From the NCBI GenBank assembly GCA_051294375.1, contig CM119266.1, positions 3,515,098 through 3,579,097 of the forward strand: DNA of 64,000 nucleotides. Direction: 5' to 3'. Every line of letters begins with the position of its first letter. Within the stretch, counting starts at the first letter, position 1. The translations under genes were made by a program, and so were the position numbers. This stretch comes from Paraspadella gotoi. Its lineage: Eukaryota; Animalia; Chaetognatha. Shown in pieces: positions 13,801-27,880 of this stretch. The notes under the pieces were generated by a model. The model ran no database searches. It was not told the DNA's origin and saw only the letters and a list, made by a program, of their open reading frames with translations.

Positions 13801-13816
13801 TATTTCTTTCTTCTCG

Positions 13817-13888
<72 letters not shown>

Positions 13889-14680
13889 CTCTCTCTTCTC
13901 TTCCTTCCCCGAATATCACTTCCGCAGGTGAACCCGTGAAAAGTTTCTTTCTTTCTTTTCTTCCTTTCTTTCTTTCTTTCTTTCTCTTTCTTTTTTTCTT
14001 TCTTTCTTTTTTTCTCTCTCTCTCTCTCTCGCTCTCTCTCTCTCCCCCTTCTCTCTCCCTCTTCCTTCTCCGAATATCACTTCCGCAGGTGTATCCGTGA
14101 AAAGTTCACGAAAACCTCGGCGACGTTCGCTGACATCCATTGACGTTCTGCTCGCTTCAACGGTCACAAGATGACAGCGAAGATTCGCCGTCTGACATGA
14201 GGGAAGACCGAATGTCATTTATTCAACCGACAATCGCTTTAGGTCACGTGTCTCGGACTGACAATCACTCAATGTCACGTGCTTGGACTCGGAGTTAAAA
14301 TGAATTTGGGTTCCGAAGATCGAATTTTGAATTTTCAAATTCAAAAGCGAATTATGAAAGTTGTCTTCTTGGTCATCGTCGTCTTCATCGCAAGTTCATT
14401 TTTAAATAAATTTTTAAATAACTGATGTTGAACTTCTATTCACTTAATCACAATTCAGTCAGATTCATATTTCGTTTTGTTTCTTAAAAATAATTCTTAA
14501 TTTCCTTTTGACTTTTCTGCCTTGCGTATTTTTCCATTCACCAAAGTTACATCCGGGTATTGAGCGTTATACCACTTGAGCTAATCCCCCGCGATATTTA
14601 TCGTAGTATTAACTTAAGATTGTGTTTAGAGTTTAAATTAGTAAAATTATGTAGGGCTGACAGAACTGCATAACAAGGGC

Positions 14681-14753
14681 GGTGCTGTGGTGTAGTGGTT
14701 ATCACATCTGCTTTACACGCAGAAGGTCCTCGGTTCGAAGCCGGGCAGTACCT
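14681..14753 (+). tRNA. tRNA-Val(TAC)
   Basis: GGTGCTG/CAGTACC acceptor stem, D-arm TGGTGTAGTGGTTATCACA, anticodon arm TCTGC-TTTACAC-GCAGA, T-arm CTCGG-TTCGAAG-CCGGG; TTTT Pol III terminator ~6 nt downstream. Confidence 0.9.
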
Positions 14754-14815
14754 CTCTCTTTTAAATTTTACATTATATTGTATAAGTCAATGCTACCGAG
14801 GTTGTTATCAATATT

Positions 14816-16620
14816 CTAGAGAAACATCGTCTTTTTTCCTGGTGGCTCGATTTCGATAAATTTGGTAAGCGGATCGACGTGGAATTAACGTCCTAATATA
14901 CTAATAAAATTTCATTGAAATCGGTCCAGAGCGCGTTCAAAGTTATGGGCATAAAAACGACGAAAAAATAGCGCCTTCCGAGGATCACTTTCGCCGCTAC
15001 ATCCGACGAAGTGGTTACTAAGGATTTGACTACCGTAGTACTAATCCTTAAGTTCGACCGGAAATTCCTCACATTCGGTAGCCGATATCCTCGTTCCGGG
15101 CCAATTAGAAAATTAAACCGGAATTACGAGCTGACTACGAGAATATCAGATATAGGAAAACGAATTTATAAGAAATAGGTGATATGACACTGATATAACT
15201 TAAATAAGTGATTTATGAATTTAAAACCAATTGGGGGTTTAATTTTAACTATTCTCCGAGCGGTAAACCCAAATTGGTTTACAATTGGAATGACGTACGG
15301 GACTCCGTGGGCATCCACTTTGATTAGGCTCTTTAGTCAGTGGAGGAGGTATTTTAGTAGAAAATAATTCCATCTTCACTAGTCCTTACCCTTCTTACTA
15401 TTATTGAATCAATTATTTCTTTTTTTATAAAAAATTCCTCTCAAAACAAATTCAACATGGGGAATTTCACCATTCCCTTCCCAGAACGAAACATTGGACC
15501 CCGGACACTTTCTGCCACGACCATCCGCCCCGGTGTTTGGCTGCCGTCCAGGCTCCTCCGGTGCGCCCGGCGTCCGCCCATACCAGAACCACGGCTGATC
15601 CCAGTTGGTCGCTAATTATCACCGACAGAGTAAAGAGATCTCTCGCGCTAGAGCGCCGTCCTCGACTGCCTCTAGCTCGGCGGGCGCCACCCGCGCCGGT
15701 TGATCCGGGCGCCTGAGGAACCTCCGAGAGCTTCTGCGCCAAAGAGGGGAGGACCGCCAATGAAGGTTCGAATGAAGCAGCGCCAAGAGGCGCCCGGCAA
15801 ATGCCCGAAGAAAGGCGTTTCCCCTTCTCCTATATATCTCCGGCGAGGATTACAGATGCTTCTTCTGAGACTTTGGTATTGAACAATGTCAACAAATAAT
15901 GAAATAACCTTGTGCCAAAATAATTTGATGGTCTTTGTAAATGTTTCTCTGAAATATGTAATTGTAATAAATTATACATCAAAGATATTTAAATTACTTG
16001 GTAACTTACTATTTATGCTCAGTAACTGGGAGTAAAGTAGCACTATTAATAAACAAAAAGATGGTGAATCTATTGCAAACAGTTATATTAAATGACAAAA
16101 AAAATATAAAGCTCTTATCAAATAATATATAACAATTTACATGACCAATTCATAACGGAATGCAGAACAAGCATTTATCTCCCAAATAGATCATTCCCGC
16201 ATATTTTATCTGCAAATTATCCCCGCGACTTTTTGTTGCGAATTATCCCCACGTCTTTTTGCTGTGAATAATCCCCGCGTCTTTTTGCTGCGAATCATCC
16301 CCGCGTCTTTTTTTGCTGCGAATCATCCCGGCGTTTTTTTTTCTGCGAATTATCCCCGCGTCTTTTGCGAATCATCTTTTTTTATCTGCATCTTTTCGGT
16401 TTATTACTCGCAATGAAAGTCAAAGAGTACCCTGCTCATAAGCAAAATACCGTCACTCGTGACCTGGTTGCCTACATCATGACCGTCAGGTACCTGGATC
16501 AATGCCTGCAGCCAATGTCAATGGCTAAGCCCCATCCCAAACAAGCGTTCTATGTACACTATGTAGTCATGACAACTTTCCACGGCATAAGCGTGACGTC
16601 GAAGCGTGACGGAATTTTGG
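14816..16620. mobile_element. Insertion (probable transposon-derived) downstream of tRNA-Val, absent from the duplicate copy
   Basis: In the second copy the tRNA flank (~20090-20360) leads straight into the sequence found at 16721-16887. Here ~1.8 kb intervenes, with a palindromic block (TCGATTTCGATAAATTT...AAATTTCATTGAAATCGG), a GC-rich core and a 24-bp minisatellite. The right end falls in a gap. Confidence 0.5.
16205..16375. repeat. ~24-bp minisatellite (TTTTGCTGCGAATCATCCCCGCGTC)n, ~7 copies
   Basis: Adjacent degenerate tandem copies with no spacers. Confidence 0.85.
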
Positions 16621-19600
16621 NNNNNNNNNNNNNNNNNNNNNNNNNNNNNNNNNNNNNNNNNNNNNNNNNNNNNNNNNNNNNNNNNNNNNNNNNNNNNNNN
16701 NNNNNNNNNNNNNNNNNNNNTCGGTTAAAATAAAATTAATGAAAAAGCAAAGACGAAAAGAGCTCAGCAATGAGAAGGCGTCTGACGATGACAGATCTTA
16801 GCGAGAGAAAACCAGAGGGAAATCCCTCTTTCTGTAGGGAAGAAACTTTCGCCTCCTAACATCTCCGTCTCTCTCTCTCTCTCTCTCNNNNNNNNNNNNN
16901 NNNNNNNNNNNNAAAGAAAAAATGATTGAGGTATCCCGAGATCCTAATTTTGAAATTTTTCAAAATTTCAAAAATGGCGAATTATGAAATTGTTCTCTTG
17001 GTATTCGTCTTCTTCATCGCAAGTTCGATTTTTTAAATAAATTTTTAAATAACTGATTGTTGACTTACTATTCACTTAATCAAAATTCAGTCAGATTCTA
17101 TTTCGTTTTGTTTTTTTAAAAATAATATCTAATTACTTTGACTTTTACTTGCCTTGGTATTTTCCAATTCACCCAAAGGCATGAATTCTACGAAATAGCC
17201 TGTTTGTCAAGAAGATGAAACCCTTGAATCTCCTTAATTATTCAAATATGAATGCGATTTTTTTAAACTTGGAACTAATTCACAAAAGATGAGAGCGAAA
17301 CAAATGGGAATGTAAAAAAATCCGGATTCCCTTATAAAATTTAGAACCCAGGTAAAGATTTAGTATTTAAAGCAATTTTATCTTACTAAAAAATCTTGTC
17401 ACATTGTTATGTCCAATTATTTCAGTGGTTTGCAAACTAATTTCAAGTAAGATCAAAAAAAAAAGAAGTTTATACTTCGCTTATTGGTTTCACCTTCATG
17501 TCCATATATTCTACTGGAAGGATAGTAGAAAAGGCGATTTTTGTTTAATGATTCACCGTTTTGTCTGCAATTGGAAATATTTTAAAATGGCTTAATCAAA
17601 AAAATGGAATTTTTTTCATTTTCAATCATTTTAAACTTAATCTGAACATTCCCTTCTTAAATCTAAAATTGTGAAACTAACATGAAAATATAACCCCCAC
17701 ATGATTAAGCGTAATTCATATCTGTAATATAAAGAAAAAAAGCTTCATTGCTTTTCTTAAAAAAAATTTTTTAAGATGTCTTTGAATTTGTGATTTTTGT
17801 GATTGTAAGTTATATTCATTTTACTTTAAGATTTATTTGTTTTTTTTAGTTTTTATTTTAAAGTTGTGGACTAGTAATTTTAATTCATTGGTATAGGTTA
17901 AAATCTTAAAAGTAAAAAAACGCGCATTTTTCATTTGCGGTTATCTCCTTAAATGACCACGGCATGCACAATACTCCTACATGAGTAAGACTCAATTTTT
18001 AATCAAACATTTTCTTCCGCCTCCAGCTCGTCCGCGGCTGCTCCGCGACGTTGTCGACACGATTTTTTTTGCGGAAAATTCATTCCGCAAAAATCATGTT
18101 CCGACTTTTACAATAAATCTGACTAAGCCCAACAAAATTGGAACAAAAAAATCATGCCGTGAAAGAGAAAGAATACAGTTTAACCATATTATGAGAGAGC
18201 ATTTTACCCAGATAAACTAAACATAAAAAGAAAATAACAAAAAAGAAAGAAAGAGAAAATGTTAGTAACCACCTATGACCGGGAAGCCCAGCCCAAGATA
18301 GCTTGCCGAAGTATCTCACTTTGCACCAGCCGCCTTGAGCTCTCATCCTCACGCAAATCCTCCTCCATACCGACGACAAAAAAAAAAAACACCCACTAAT
18401 CAGCAAAAAAAAAACCGCATCCGAAAAAAAAACAGCGAAAAGGACGATCGCTAAAAAATCGAAAGGGCATGGCTTTTTGGGACAGTCAAAATACATGCGA
18501 AGACCAAAACGCAAAAGTTCGTTCCAGCAACGACGCAGAGCGAGAGCAATTTTTCGTCTAAAACGTCGCCCGAAAAAAAACTGACACCAAGAACGAAAAA
18601 AGGTTGCGCGGCGAACTCAAGCAGCCACGAAATCGGCGGGAAAAGGGCTGAGCGGAAGCGGAGACTGCGAAACACGAGACGGAGGCGAACGTCCCGCCAT
18701 TTTCTCCGGAACGATCACATTCGCATACAATATGCGACGAATTAAAAAGGGAAGGAAGAAAAAAAAAGAAGAAGAAACAAAAGGAGAAATAAAAAAGAAG
18801 AGAAGAAAAAAAAAGAGAAAGAAAATAAAAAAAAAAAAGAAAAAAAAAGGGAGGAAGAATAAAAAACAAAAAAAAAGAAAAAAGAGGAGGAAGAAAAAGA
18901 AAGAAAGAAAGAGAGAAAGAAAGAAAAAAAAGAGAAAGAAAGAGAGAGAAGAAAGAAAAGAAAAAGAAGAAAAAAAGAAAGAATGTATTACTCTTGAAAG
19001 TATTGACTGTCTCTCAATCTCCTATACGAGGATGTTATGAGAAAAAGTGTCAGCAGAAGTAAGGATTCGCATAAATGTATTTTACAGAAGTTAAATAAAA
19101 AATAAATAAACGGTCCCGTACAACACTGGTGTTTAATATGGACGAGGCATATATATGTTTCATATGTGTCTAAATTTAAGAAACTAAATAATAAGTTTTC
19201 TCTACTTCCAAAAAAAATGGACATGCACATTTAAAAGAACAGTAAACTGTAAGTGACCAGTCAGATAACGAAATCGACCAAAAAATAAATTGAGATAAAA
19301 AAAGAGAAGGAAAAGAATAAGAAGAAGAGAAGAGGCGAAAAAAAAAGAAATCACTATTTTCACTCGAGTGTACCTCTATAAATTACGCTCCATTAATTAA
19401 AAACATGACAATCAAAAAAAAAAAAAACGAAAAAGACTTAAAAAAATTATAATTTTTATATAACCCAATAGTATAAAAGTAGAATTTTATAACTCGAAGT
19501 TGAAATAGATTTTTCAACTCGAAATTGATTTACAAAAACTGCTGAAAGAACTTTGTACGCGAGAGCGAATTTTGAAAGGTCCTTATAATAGAATAAATAG

Positions 19601-20000
19601 AAATAAACAACCACCGCGATTGACTTATGACAAGAGATAACAATATTCCAAAATCTACGATTATATTAAAATAAGAAATGACCGAAGGAATTAAATGAAA
19701 CCCTAGAAAGTAAAAGTAATTTTAAATTTAGTATTATGAAAAATCTAATAGTTAAAGAAAAAGGGCTTTTCAGTAGGAACACTGCCAACAAATGTTACAT
19801 CGACGTATCAAGTCCGATCAGTAGTTAAATAACCACTGAGCATTAATACTAATCCAACCGCAGATATTAAAATACCGGTATAAGTAATATTATAACTAAG
19901 GAATTGATATAGTTTAGAGTTTAAAAATAGGATAAAAACTTAATAAATGTAGGTGACTTGACAAAACTGGACAAGTGTAACAAAGGTACATAAAATAAAG

Positions 20001-20086
20001 GGTGCTGTGGTTGTGATAATGGTTATCACATCTTGACATTTACACAGACAGAAAGGTACTAGTTCGAGAACCGGGCAAGATACACC
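20001..20086 (+). pseudogene. Insertion-riddled duplicate of tRNA-Val(TAC) (likely raw-read copy)
   Basis: GGTGCTGTGGTTGTGATAATGGTTATCACATCTTGACATTTACACAGACAGAAAGG...CCGGGCAAGATACACC is collinear with 14681-14753; both flanks also align, with many single-base insertions. Confidence 0.75.
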
Positions 20087-21515
20087 TCTCTCATCTTTAT
20101 AAATTTTAACATTAATAATTAATAATGTCAAATGCACCAGAATCGGATAGTTATACAATATAATCAATATCAGGAGTAGGCAAGATTATAAAAAAACAGA
20201 AAATAATAAATGAAAAGAATATGGTATGAGGAATATTGACGATTCACACAAGATGAAAGGAAAAAAGATAAAAACTTATTTCATGAGAGATAATGAAGGA
20301 AAAAAAGACAATCAAAACGCAAGACACCTAGTAAGTTAAAACGATAAAGAAACATAAAATTAATCTGGTTCAAAAAAAAATTAATGAAAAAGCAAAAGAA
20401 CGAAAAAAATAAAAATCGAACGAGAACTCGAGCAATTGAGAAGGCGGTCTGACGATGACAACGAACTTAGCGATGAGAGAAAAAGAAGAAAAACCAGAGG
20501 GAAATCCATCTTTCTTGTAGGGAGAAACTTTCGCCTTCACTAACAAGATTCTTCCGTTCTCTCTCTCTCTCTCTCTCTTTCTCCCATCCCTCACCCCCAT
20601 CTCTCCTCTCTCTCTCTCTCTCTCCCCTCCTTACTCCCCCCCCCTCACTCCCGGCGTTTTCTACAAGGGCGCATCCACTCATCCTGTAAATTCATCAAAC
20701 CAGTGTTCCACAGGAGATCTCGCAACTCTCATCATAACAGAGCCACTCATCACGCACTTTCACCACCTTCGGCGATATACGCAGGAGGTCCTTGCGTCAT
20801 ACCTACTCGTCACGCCGCTCAGTGTATAGATGCCCCACCCAATACTCTATCTCTCTCTCTCCATCTGCACTGATTCCTCTCGCGTATACAACTACTTAAC
20901 TCTCTATTTTCTCATACCGGTGTGCTCAGCTATCATTCATGTCCCCATCTTACCTCTACTCTCTCTCCAGCTCTCATCTAGTCTACCCGTCTCTCTCTCT
21001 CTCTCTCTCTCTCTTCATCTCATGTTTCGCCGTCAGGTTAATGAACAAATTTTATTTGATTTTTTCCAATAATTTTACTTGGGTTTTAAAAAATATGAAA
21101 CAAGCAATACATTTTTTTATGTAAATACTTATGTATATACTATATAGTATATACTATTTTTGAACAATCAAAAAGTGAAAATTAGTGAATCAATCAATAT
21201 TTTGTCAAACAGAAGATGATGGCACCAATTGCTTTTTTAGTGCGCGTATGAAATGTAAAAATTGACTCTTTAGTTTTTATACAATTGAATGCGAATCAGT
21301 AGCAATATTAAAATTGACGAGAAATTTTGTACATTTGAGCCTAAAAGGAATTAAAAAGAACACAATTCAACGATAAGAAATTTAACTAGTAATATATTAT
21401 TCGTTGAGAACGCCAACACGTTGAATAAATGATTAAATATTAAAAAAATAAAATAAATATTGAAATAGTATTTATAGAATAGATATTTTTACAGGATGGT
21501 GCGATTAAGGATAGA

Positions 21516-21573
<58 letters not shown>

Positions 21574-22771
21574 AGTGGATCTCGAGGACGTGGCCCACTC
21601 GTCGAACCGAGTAAAAGAGAGACAGAGGGAAAAAGATTCGGAAGGACGGTCAAACCCGCTGCATTTCAGACCGTCCGACCATTATCTCTCTCTCTCTCTC
21701 TCCTTCCTTCTCTCTCTTTTCCTCTCTCTTCCATCTCTTCTCTCTCTCTCGTCTCTCTCTCTTCTTCTCTCTTACTCTCTCTCTCTCTCTACTTCTTTTT
21801 TTCTAACTCTGTCTCCTGTGGCTCTTTGTCCAAAGACGGGTCGAGAAATTTTTTAAATGAGAAAAACGTTTGTCGTCTTCATAAATTTTTTTACATTAAA
21901 ATTAATTCCTGAAACAAAACAATATATTTACATATGAGGTTTTCAAGACAACTAAGGGAATAAGCACATAATTTTTAATGTTCGAAGTTTAATGATAAAT
22001 AATTTAACTTGAATCTTTTTTACTGAAAATTTAAAAGTCTTGTACAAACGCTCATATTCATAAAAAAATGCACAGGCCCACTCAGGAAGGCAGAGCCGCG
22101 GTCACACAATCGGTGCAACGCAACGATCAATTATGGCCGACTCAAGACCCACCTACACGGATCCATAAATGTCCAACGCAACACCTAGCGCACATAAAGT
22201 CACACGCTATGACTAATACAACTTGCACGCTGGGATTTCGCTTCTGAGATAGGAACTGTGAGGACAGAACAGTTTCTTAACTTCGAGGAGAGAACCCTGA
22301 CGTCCGAATAAAAAGACAGAAGAGATGAGATAAGTACAGTGAGAACAGATAGAAACCAGGAACCTAAGTTAAAACTATGACATCAGAACCGTAAGAAATT
22401 ATACTCGAGATAAAAACTGTGAGGACAAAACAAAGGAAAACGAAACGGTTGGGCCACAACTTTTTGAAACACAAAACAAAAATCTAAATTGTGAAAAGAA
22501 ACGAATTTTGAAATCTTTTTAAAGATAAATTGAATAAAGTTCATAATTGTTGTCAAATATTCATCGTAGTGAAAAATTGTCAAAATTTCTAAGACATATA
22601 TACGTTTGGTCTCTCATTCTAATTCGTAGACGNNNNNNNNNNCGACGACGACGACGAAAATTCTTCGACTCATAAATGTCTTCGACTCGGCTGCAGCTTT
22701 CAATCATGGCGTCGACGACGACGACGACGACGAGGACGACGACGAAGATGTCAACCAAGACGAGGATGACG

Positions 22772-22806
<35 letters not shown>

Positions 22807-23592
22807 CAAACGCGCCAGTTTTGGAACGGCGCTGACAATTGAGTTTGACATTTAGACGCTCCCTCGAGCGAAAGGAGGGCGAAAAGGAAGCAAGGTTACT
22901 TTCACTTATCTTTTTGTTAAATTTTTGGTTAATATTTAATATTTAATATTGTACCAATTTCGCATCACGTTTCTATCACTGGTTAATTTAAGGTAAATAC
23001 TCGTTTTCCCCAAATAAAACAGTTAGAAGATACATACATTCATAGAAGTCGTACATACACAATTACATATTCATATATAAACGAACATATATACACGTAC
23101 ATTAATATATCGACATATATCAACAGCGACTAAAAAAAGGAGTGATCGTGTTCTCGTTATTATCGTAGGATGTAAAATGTTGAATATAGTTGAATGTGTA
23201 TCTATTTTTGTAATTAAATATAAATTAATTAAATTAATTAAATATTAATTAAATTTAGTTGAATATGTTTCGGTTTTTGTGATTAAATCTGGTGACAATT
23301 ATCCTTGTTGTTGTTGTTAAAACCGATCACCGATCACCAAGCAATAATTATCGATTAAAAAAACAAAACGACATCCGAACAAACGAACAATCAAAGAATG
23401 AGAAACGAAACAAACAAACTCACGAACGAAAAACAGACGGACGGATCGAAAGACCGACCGACAAGATTGTGTCGCCGCTCGGACATAAAACGTTTCTAAT
23501 TATCTGATGCAAATCCGCGTCCCTTCAACTTTTTACGCCCACCGCATAAAAATGATGGCCCAAATAAAAAGTATAAGCGGGGCCGGAAAGAG

Positions 23593-24313
23593 TTCAATTT
23601 ATAATTTCACCATTCGCCTTTATTAATAAGTTAAAAAATACTTAACATACTTTAACTTCCGTCAGTAACTTTTTCAAATATTCTCCTCATTTCACACATA
23701 TTTTAAGTGATACCTACTTCATCTCACATCTAACGCTGAAGTCTCCAACGTGAAAGTCGTAAAGGAGTTTCCTGTACAAAGATGCTTTTCTATCCGTCAA
23801 GTCCCTTTTTGCTTTTCAAACAAAAACCGCTTCCAACGTTGATCTGCCTGTCTCTCCTCTCTCTCTTTCTGCTCTTCTTCTCCCTCTCTCACTCTCTCTT
23901 CTCTATTCTCCTTGCTCTCCTCCTCTCTCTTCTCCTCTCTCTCCTCGCCTCTTCTCCTCCTCTCTCGTCTCTCTCTTCTTCTCTCTCTCTCTCTTCTCTC
24001 TTCTTCCTCTCTCTCTCTCTTCNNNNNNNNNNNNNNNNNNNNNNNNNACAGGGAGACTCAACGTTGGAGACGGTTTTGTTTGAAAAGCAAAAAGACTGAC
24101 GGATAGAAAAAGCATCTCTGTACAGGAAACTCTCTTTACGACTTTCACGTTTGGAGACTTCAGCGTAGATGTGAGATGAAGTAGGGTAATCCTAAAATAT
24201 GTGAAAATGGAGGAGAATATATTGAAACAAAGTTACTGACGGAAGTTAAAGTATTGTTAAAGTATTTTTTAAATTATCTGAAATAAAGGCGAATGGTGAA
24301 ATTATAAATTGAA
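23593..24313. repeat. ~260-bp inverted duplication around a (CT)n tract and gap
   Basis: 23593-23850 is the reverse complement of 24048-24313 (e.g. TTCAATTTATAATTTCACCATTCGCC / GGCGAATGGTGAAATTATAAATTGAA), with scattered indels. Confidence 0.85.
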
Positions 24314-25342
24314 TGAAACCTTTCTAAAGTCGTAAGAAATTGGGACAAGCAATGCACATTATACAACCAGTACATATACATATTTGAAAGTGTTGTGTTT
24401 CGTTAACTTACCAATACAATTCAATGATAGTACAGTAATTATTGAATCATAATATGTGATACTATTTCTTTTGATATCCAATCGATAAAAGAAACTTTCT
24501 GATCTATAGATTCCCGAGTCCAATGTGATTCCGTTTATAAATTAATTAATCCTCGGTTAGATTAATTAATCTCTTTTCATTCTTTCTCTCTTTTTTATTT
24601 CGCTTGCATAATATTTTCGCTTTTGAGATTTTAACTGAAGGAAAAAAAAGATAAACACAAAAGTCGTAAAATTTCTCTGCCTGGCTAACAAGATGGGATG
24701 AACGAGGTATTTTGGGTGAGCGCGATAGAGAGAGAGCGAGAGACAGAGAGAGACAGAGAGAGAAAGAGAGAGAGAGAGAGAGAAAGACGAGAGAGAGAAA
24801 TATTTGATTAAAATAAGTATATTTTTTAAAAATGTAAATAATACGGCTATGGTTGCTGAAGCTGTGAACATTTGAACATGTTAAAGAGAGAAAAAATAAG
24901 TGAGAGAGTTAATGATTGCAAAAGAGAAGAGAGAGAGGAGGAGAGAGAGAGAAGAAAGAGACAGAGAGAGAAACAGGATGAGAGAGAGGAGACGAGAGAA
25001 GAGGGAGAGAGAGAGACGAGAGAGAGAGGAGGAGAGAGGAGACGAGAGAGAGAGAGAGAGAAGAGAGAGAGATAGAGTGAGAAAGAACGAGTAGAGAGAG
25101 CGAGAGGGACGAAGAGAGAGAGAGAGGCACTGCCGAGTAAGCAGAAAACCGTCATACAATCAAGAAGAAAAAAATGAGAAAACAGAGGTGACGGAAAAAA
25201 CTCTGTAAATAATGAACAATCTTCTTAAACTTCGTTGCCAATCTCGTCGTCGTCGTCGTCGTCGTCGTCGTTAGTGAACGAAGGGAGTTGTCAATGTGAA
25301 TCGTGTTGGGAAGCGACTTATTACATTCACACTTTGTCTCGA

Positions 25343-26107
<765 letters not shown>

Positions 26108-27190
26108 CGAAGATATTTAATTTTTTTAAAAAGATAAATATTCGGGAGATTTAATTTGTGCGCATTTTAATTTTAAGCGATTTTTGAAGCAAAACATAAT
26201 TTTTTTGATTCCTTAAAATTTGGTTTTTGAATCGAATTACATTTCCGACGACTTGGAAGAATTTGACCAAAGGATAACTTTTCGAAATTAGGCTGACATA
26301 TCAGATGACTGGATGACATTTGACTGATTGATCGGCCGACAGCGGGGCGTTTCCTCACAGATAATGTCGAGTTAAAAATCCAACGTTGAATATATATATA
26401 ATATATACTTGATTTGTTGTTTGAGTAAATTTTTACATTTTTTTTACAGGTTCATTTATTAAAGGGTTATTCCAGCGCAGTAGGCGTTCCCCGTCGATAA
26501 GAAGCGGACAGAGCGACGAATTTGAGAAGCGGGAAGCGGTCAGAGTGGACGAACGGATCGAGGAGAAGCGGAAAAAGTTGATAAGCGGTCGTGATGGAGA
26601 AGCGATCGACGAACTGGTGAGAAAGTTATGAAGAAATTTTCAACGAAATTCTGTTGTGAGAAAAGGAAATTAGTTTTACAATAAACGTAATTTTATGTAA
26701 GATTATATTGTTGTACTTTTATTTGTAGCAATCTCATAAGAACCTGCTCCGTTAGATTTGATGCTTGTGCCTGATGCAATTCCCCGATCTGATTCTTATT
26801 TAAAACTAACTATTACTACCATCCCTCTTCTATTAATAATATATTTTTTCAGACTTAGATTATCAAAAACCAAAATTAATAATAATAAGAATAATAATAT
26901 TGAAAATATAGAATTTGTAATATATAATTTTAATGAATATTATAAAATCTAAGATTTAAAATAGTTAAACAAGTAATTTTGCAATTTTTATAAGGGTCTT
27001 TTTGTACTTTTTATTATTAAAAAAATCTTTTTCTCTCTCTTTTTCTCTTTTTCACTTCACTTTTGACGCCCGAGTGAAGTTGGCTTCTTCTTCGGTAGGA
27101 ATTCCGGCCAAGACAGAAAAAATACAGGGAAATCCACAGTAAAAAAAATGGCGACGACTGTAGAGTAAAAGCGGCGAAAATAAGAGACTT

Positions 27191-27568
27191 AAAATCCAGA
27201 GAAAACAAATATAAATATAAATAAATAAATGAATGAATATAAAATCCAGAGAAAACAAATATAAATATAAATAAATAAATGAATGAATATAAAATCCAGA
27301 GAAAACAAATATAAATATAAATAAATAAATGAATGAATATAAAATCCAGAGAAAACAAATATAAATATAAATAAATAAATGAATGAATATAAAATCCAGA
27401 GAAAACAAATATAAATATAAATAAATAAATGAATGAATATAAAATCCAGAGAAAACAAATATAAATATAAATAAATAAATGAATGAATATAAAATCCAGA
27501 GAAAACAAATATAAATATAAATAAATAAATGAATGAATATAAAATCCAGAGAAAACAAATATAAATAT
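27191..27568. repeat. Perfect 50-bp tandem repeat, ~7.5 copies
   Basis: Unit AAAATCCAGAGAAAACAAATATAAATATAAATAAATAAATGAATGAATAT repeated without visible mismatch. Confidence 0.95.
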
Positions 27569-27788
27569 TTACGGGAAGAAAGGAAATATTTAAAAATTTA
27601 ATATGAAAATCATGTCGGCTTATTAGGCAATGAATAAGTTCTTAGACGCACAATAATCCATTCTGCCGGTATTTAACTACAAGCTCTTTTTTTCGTGGCT
27701 GTGACAGGTTGAGTGGATTAAATTATAGAGAGAACACGATCCTATTGAAAGGAGATATAATTTACGATTGAGAGAAAGAAAGAAAGAA

Positions 27789-27880
<92 letters not shown>

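Noticed and set aside
16205-16375. TTATCCCCGC-containing repeats superficially like type I-E CRISPR repeats
   Set aside because: Units are contiguous with no unique spacers, there are no cas genes, and the context is eukaryotic; it is a minisatellite.
17980-19040. ORFs within the 2.6-kb insert
   Set aside because: The sequence is A-run-inflated and noisy, with no recognisable transposase or RT motifs.
23593-24313. Foldback element or long hairpin RNA gene
   Set aside because: The arms meet at an N gap, differ by indel noise and show no TSD; an inverted gap-fill artefact is more likely.
27191-27568. 50-bp perfect array and its three long hydrophobic ORFs
   Set aside because: No spacers; the ORFs are artefacts of a stop-free repeat strand.
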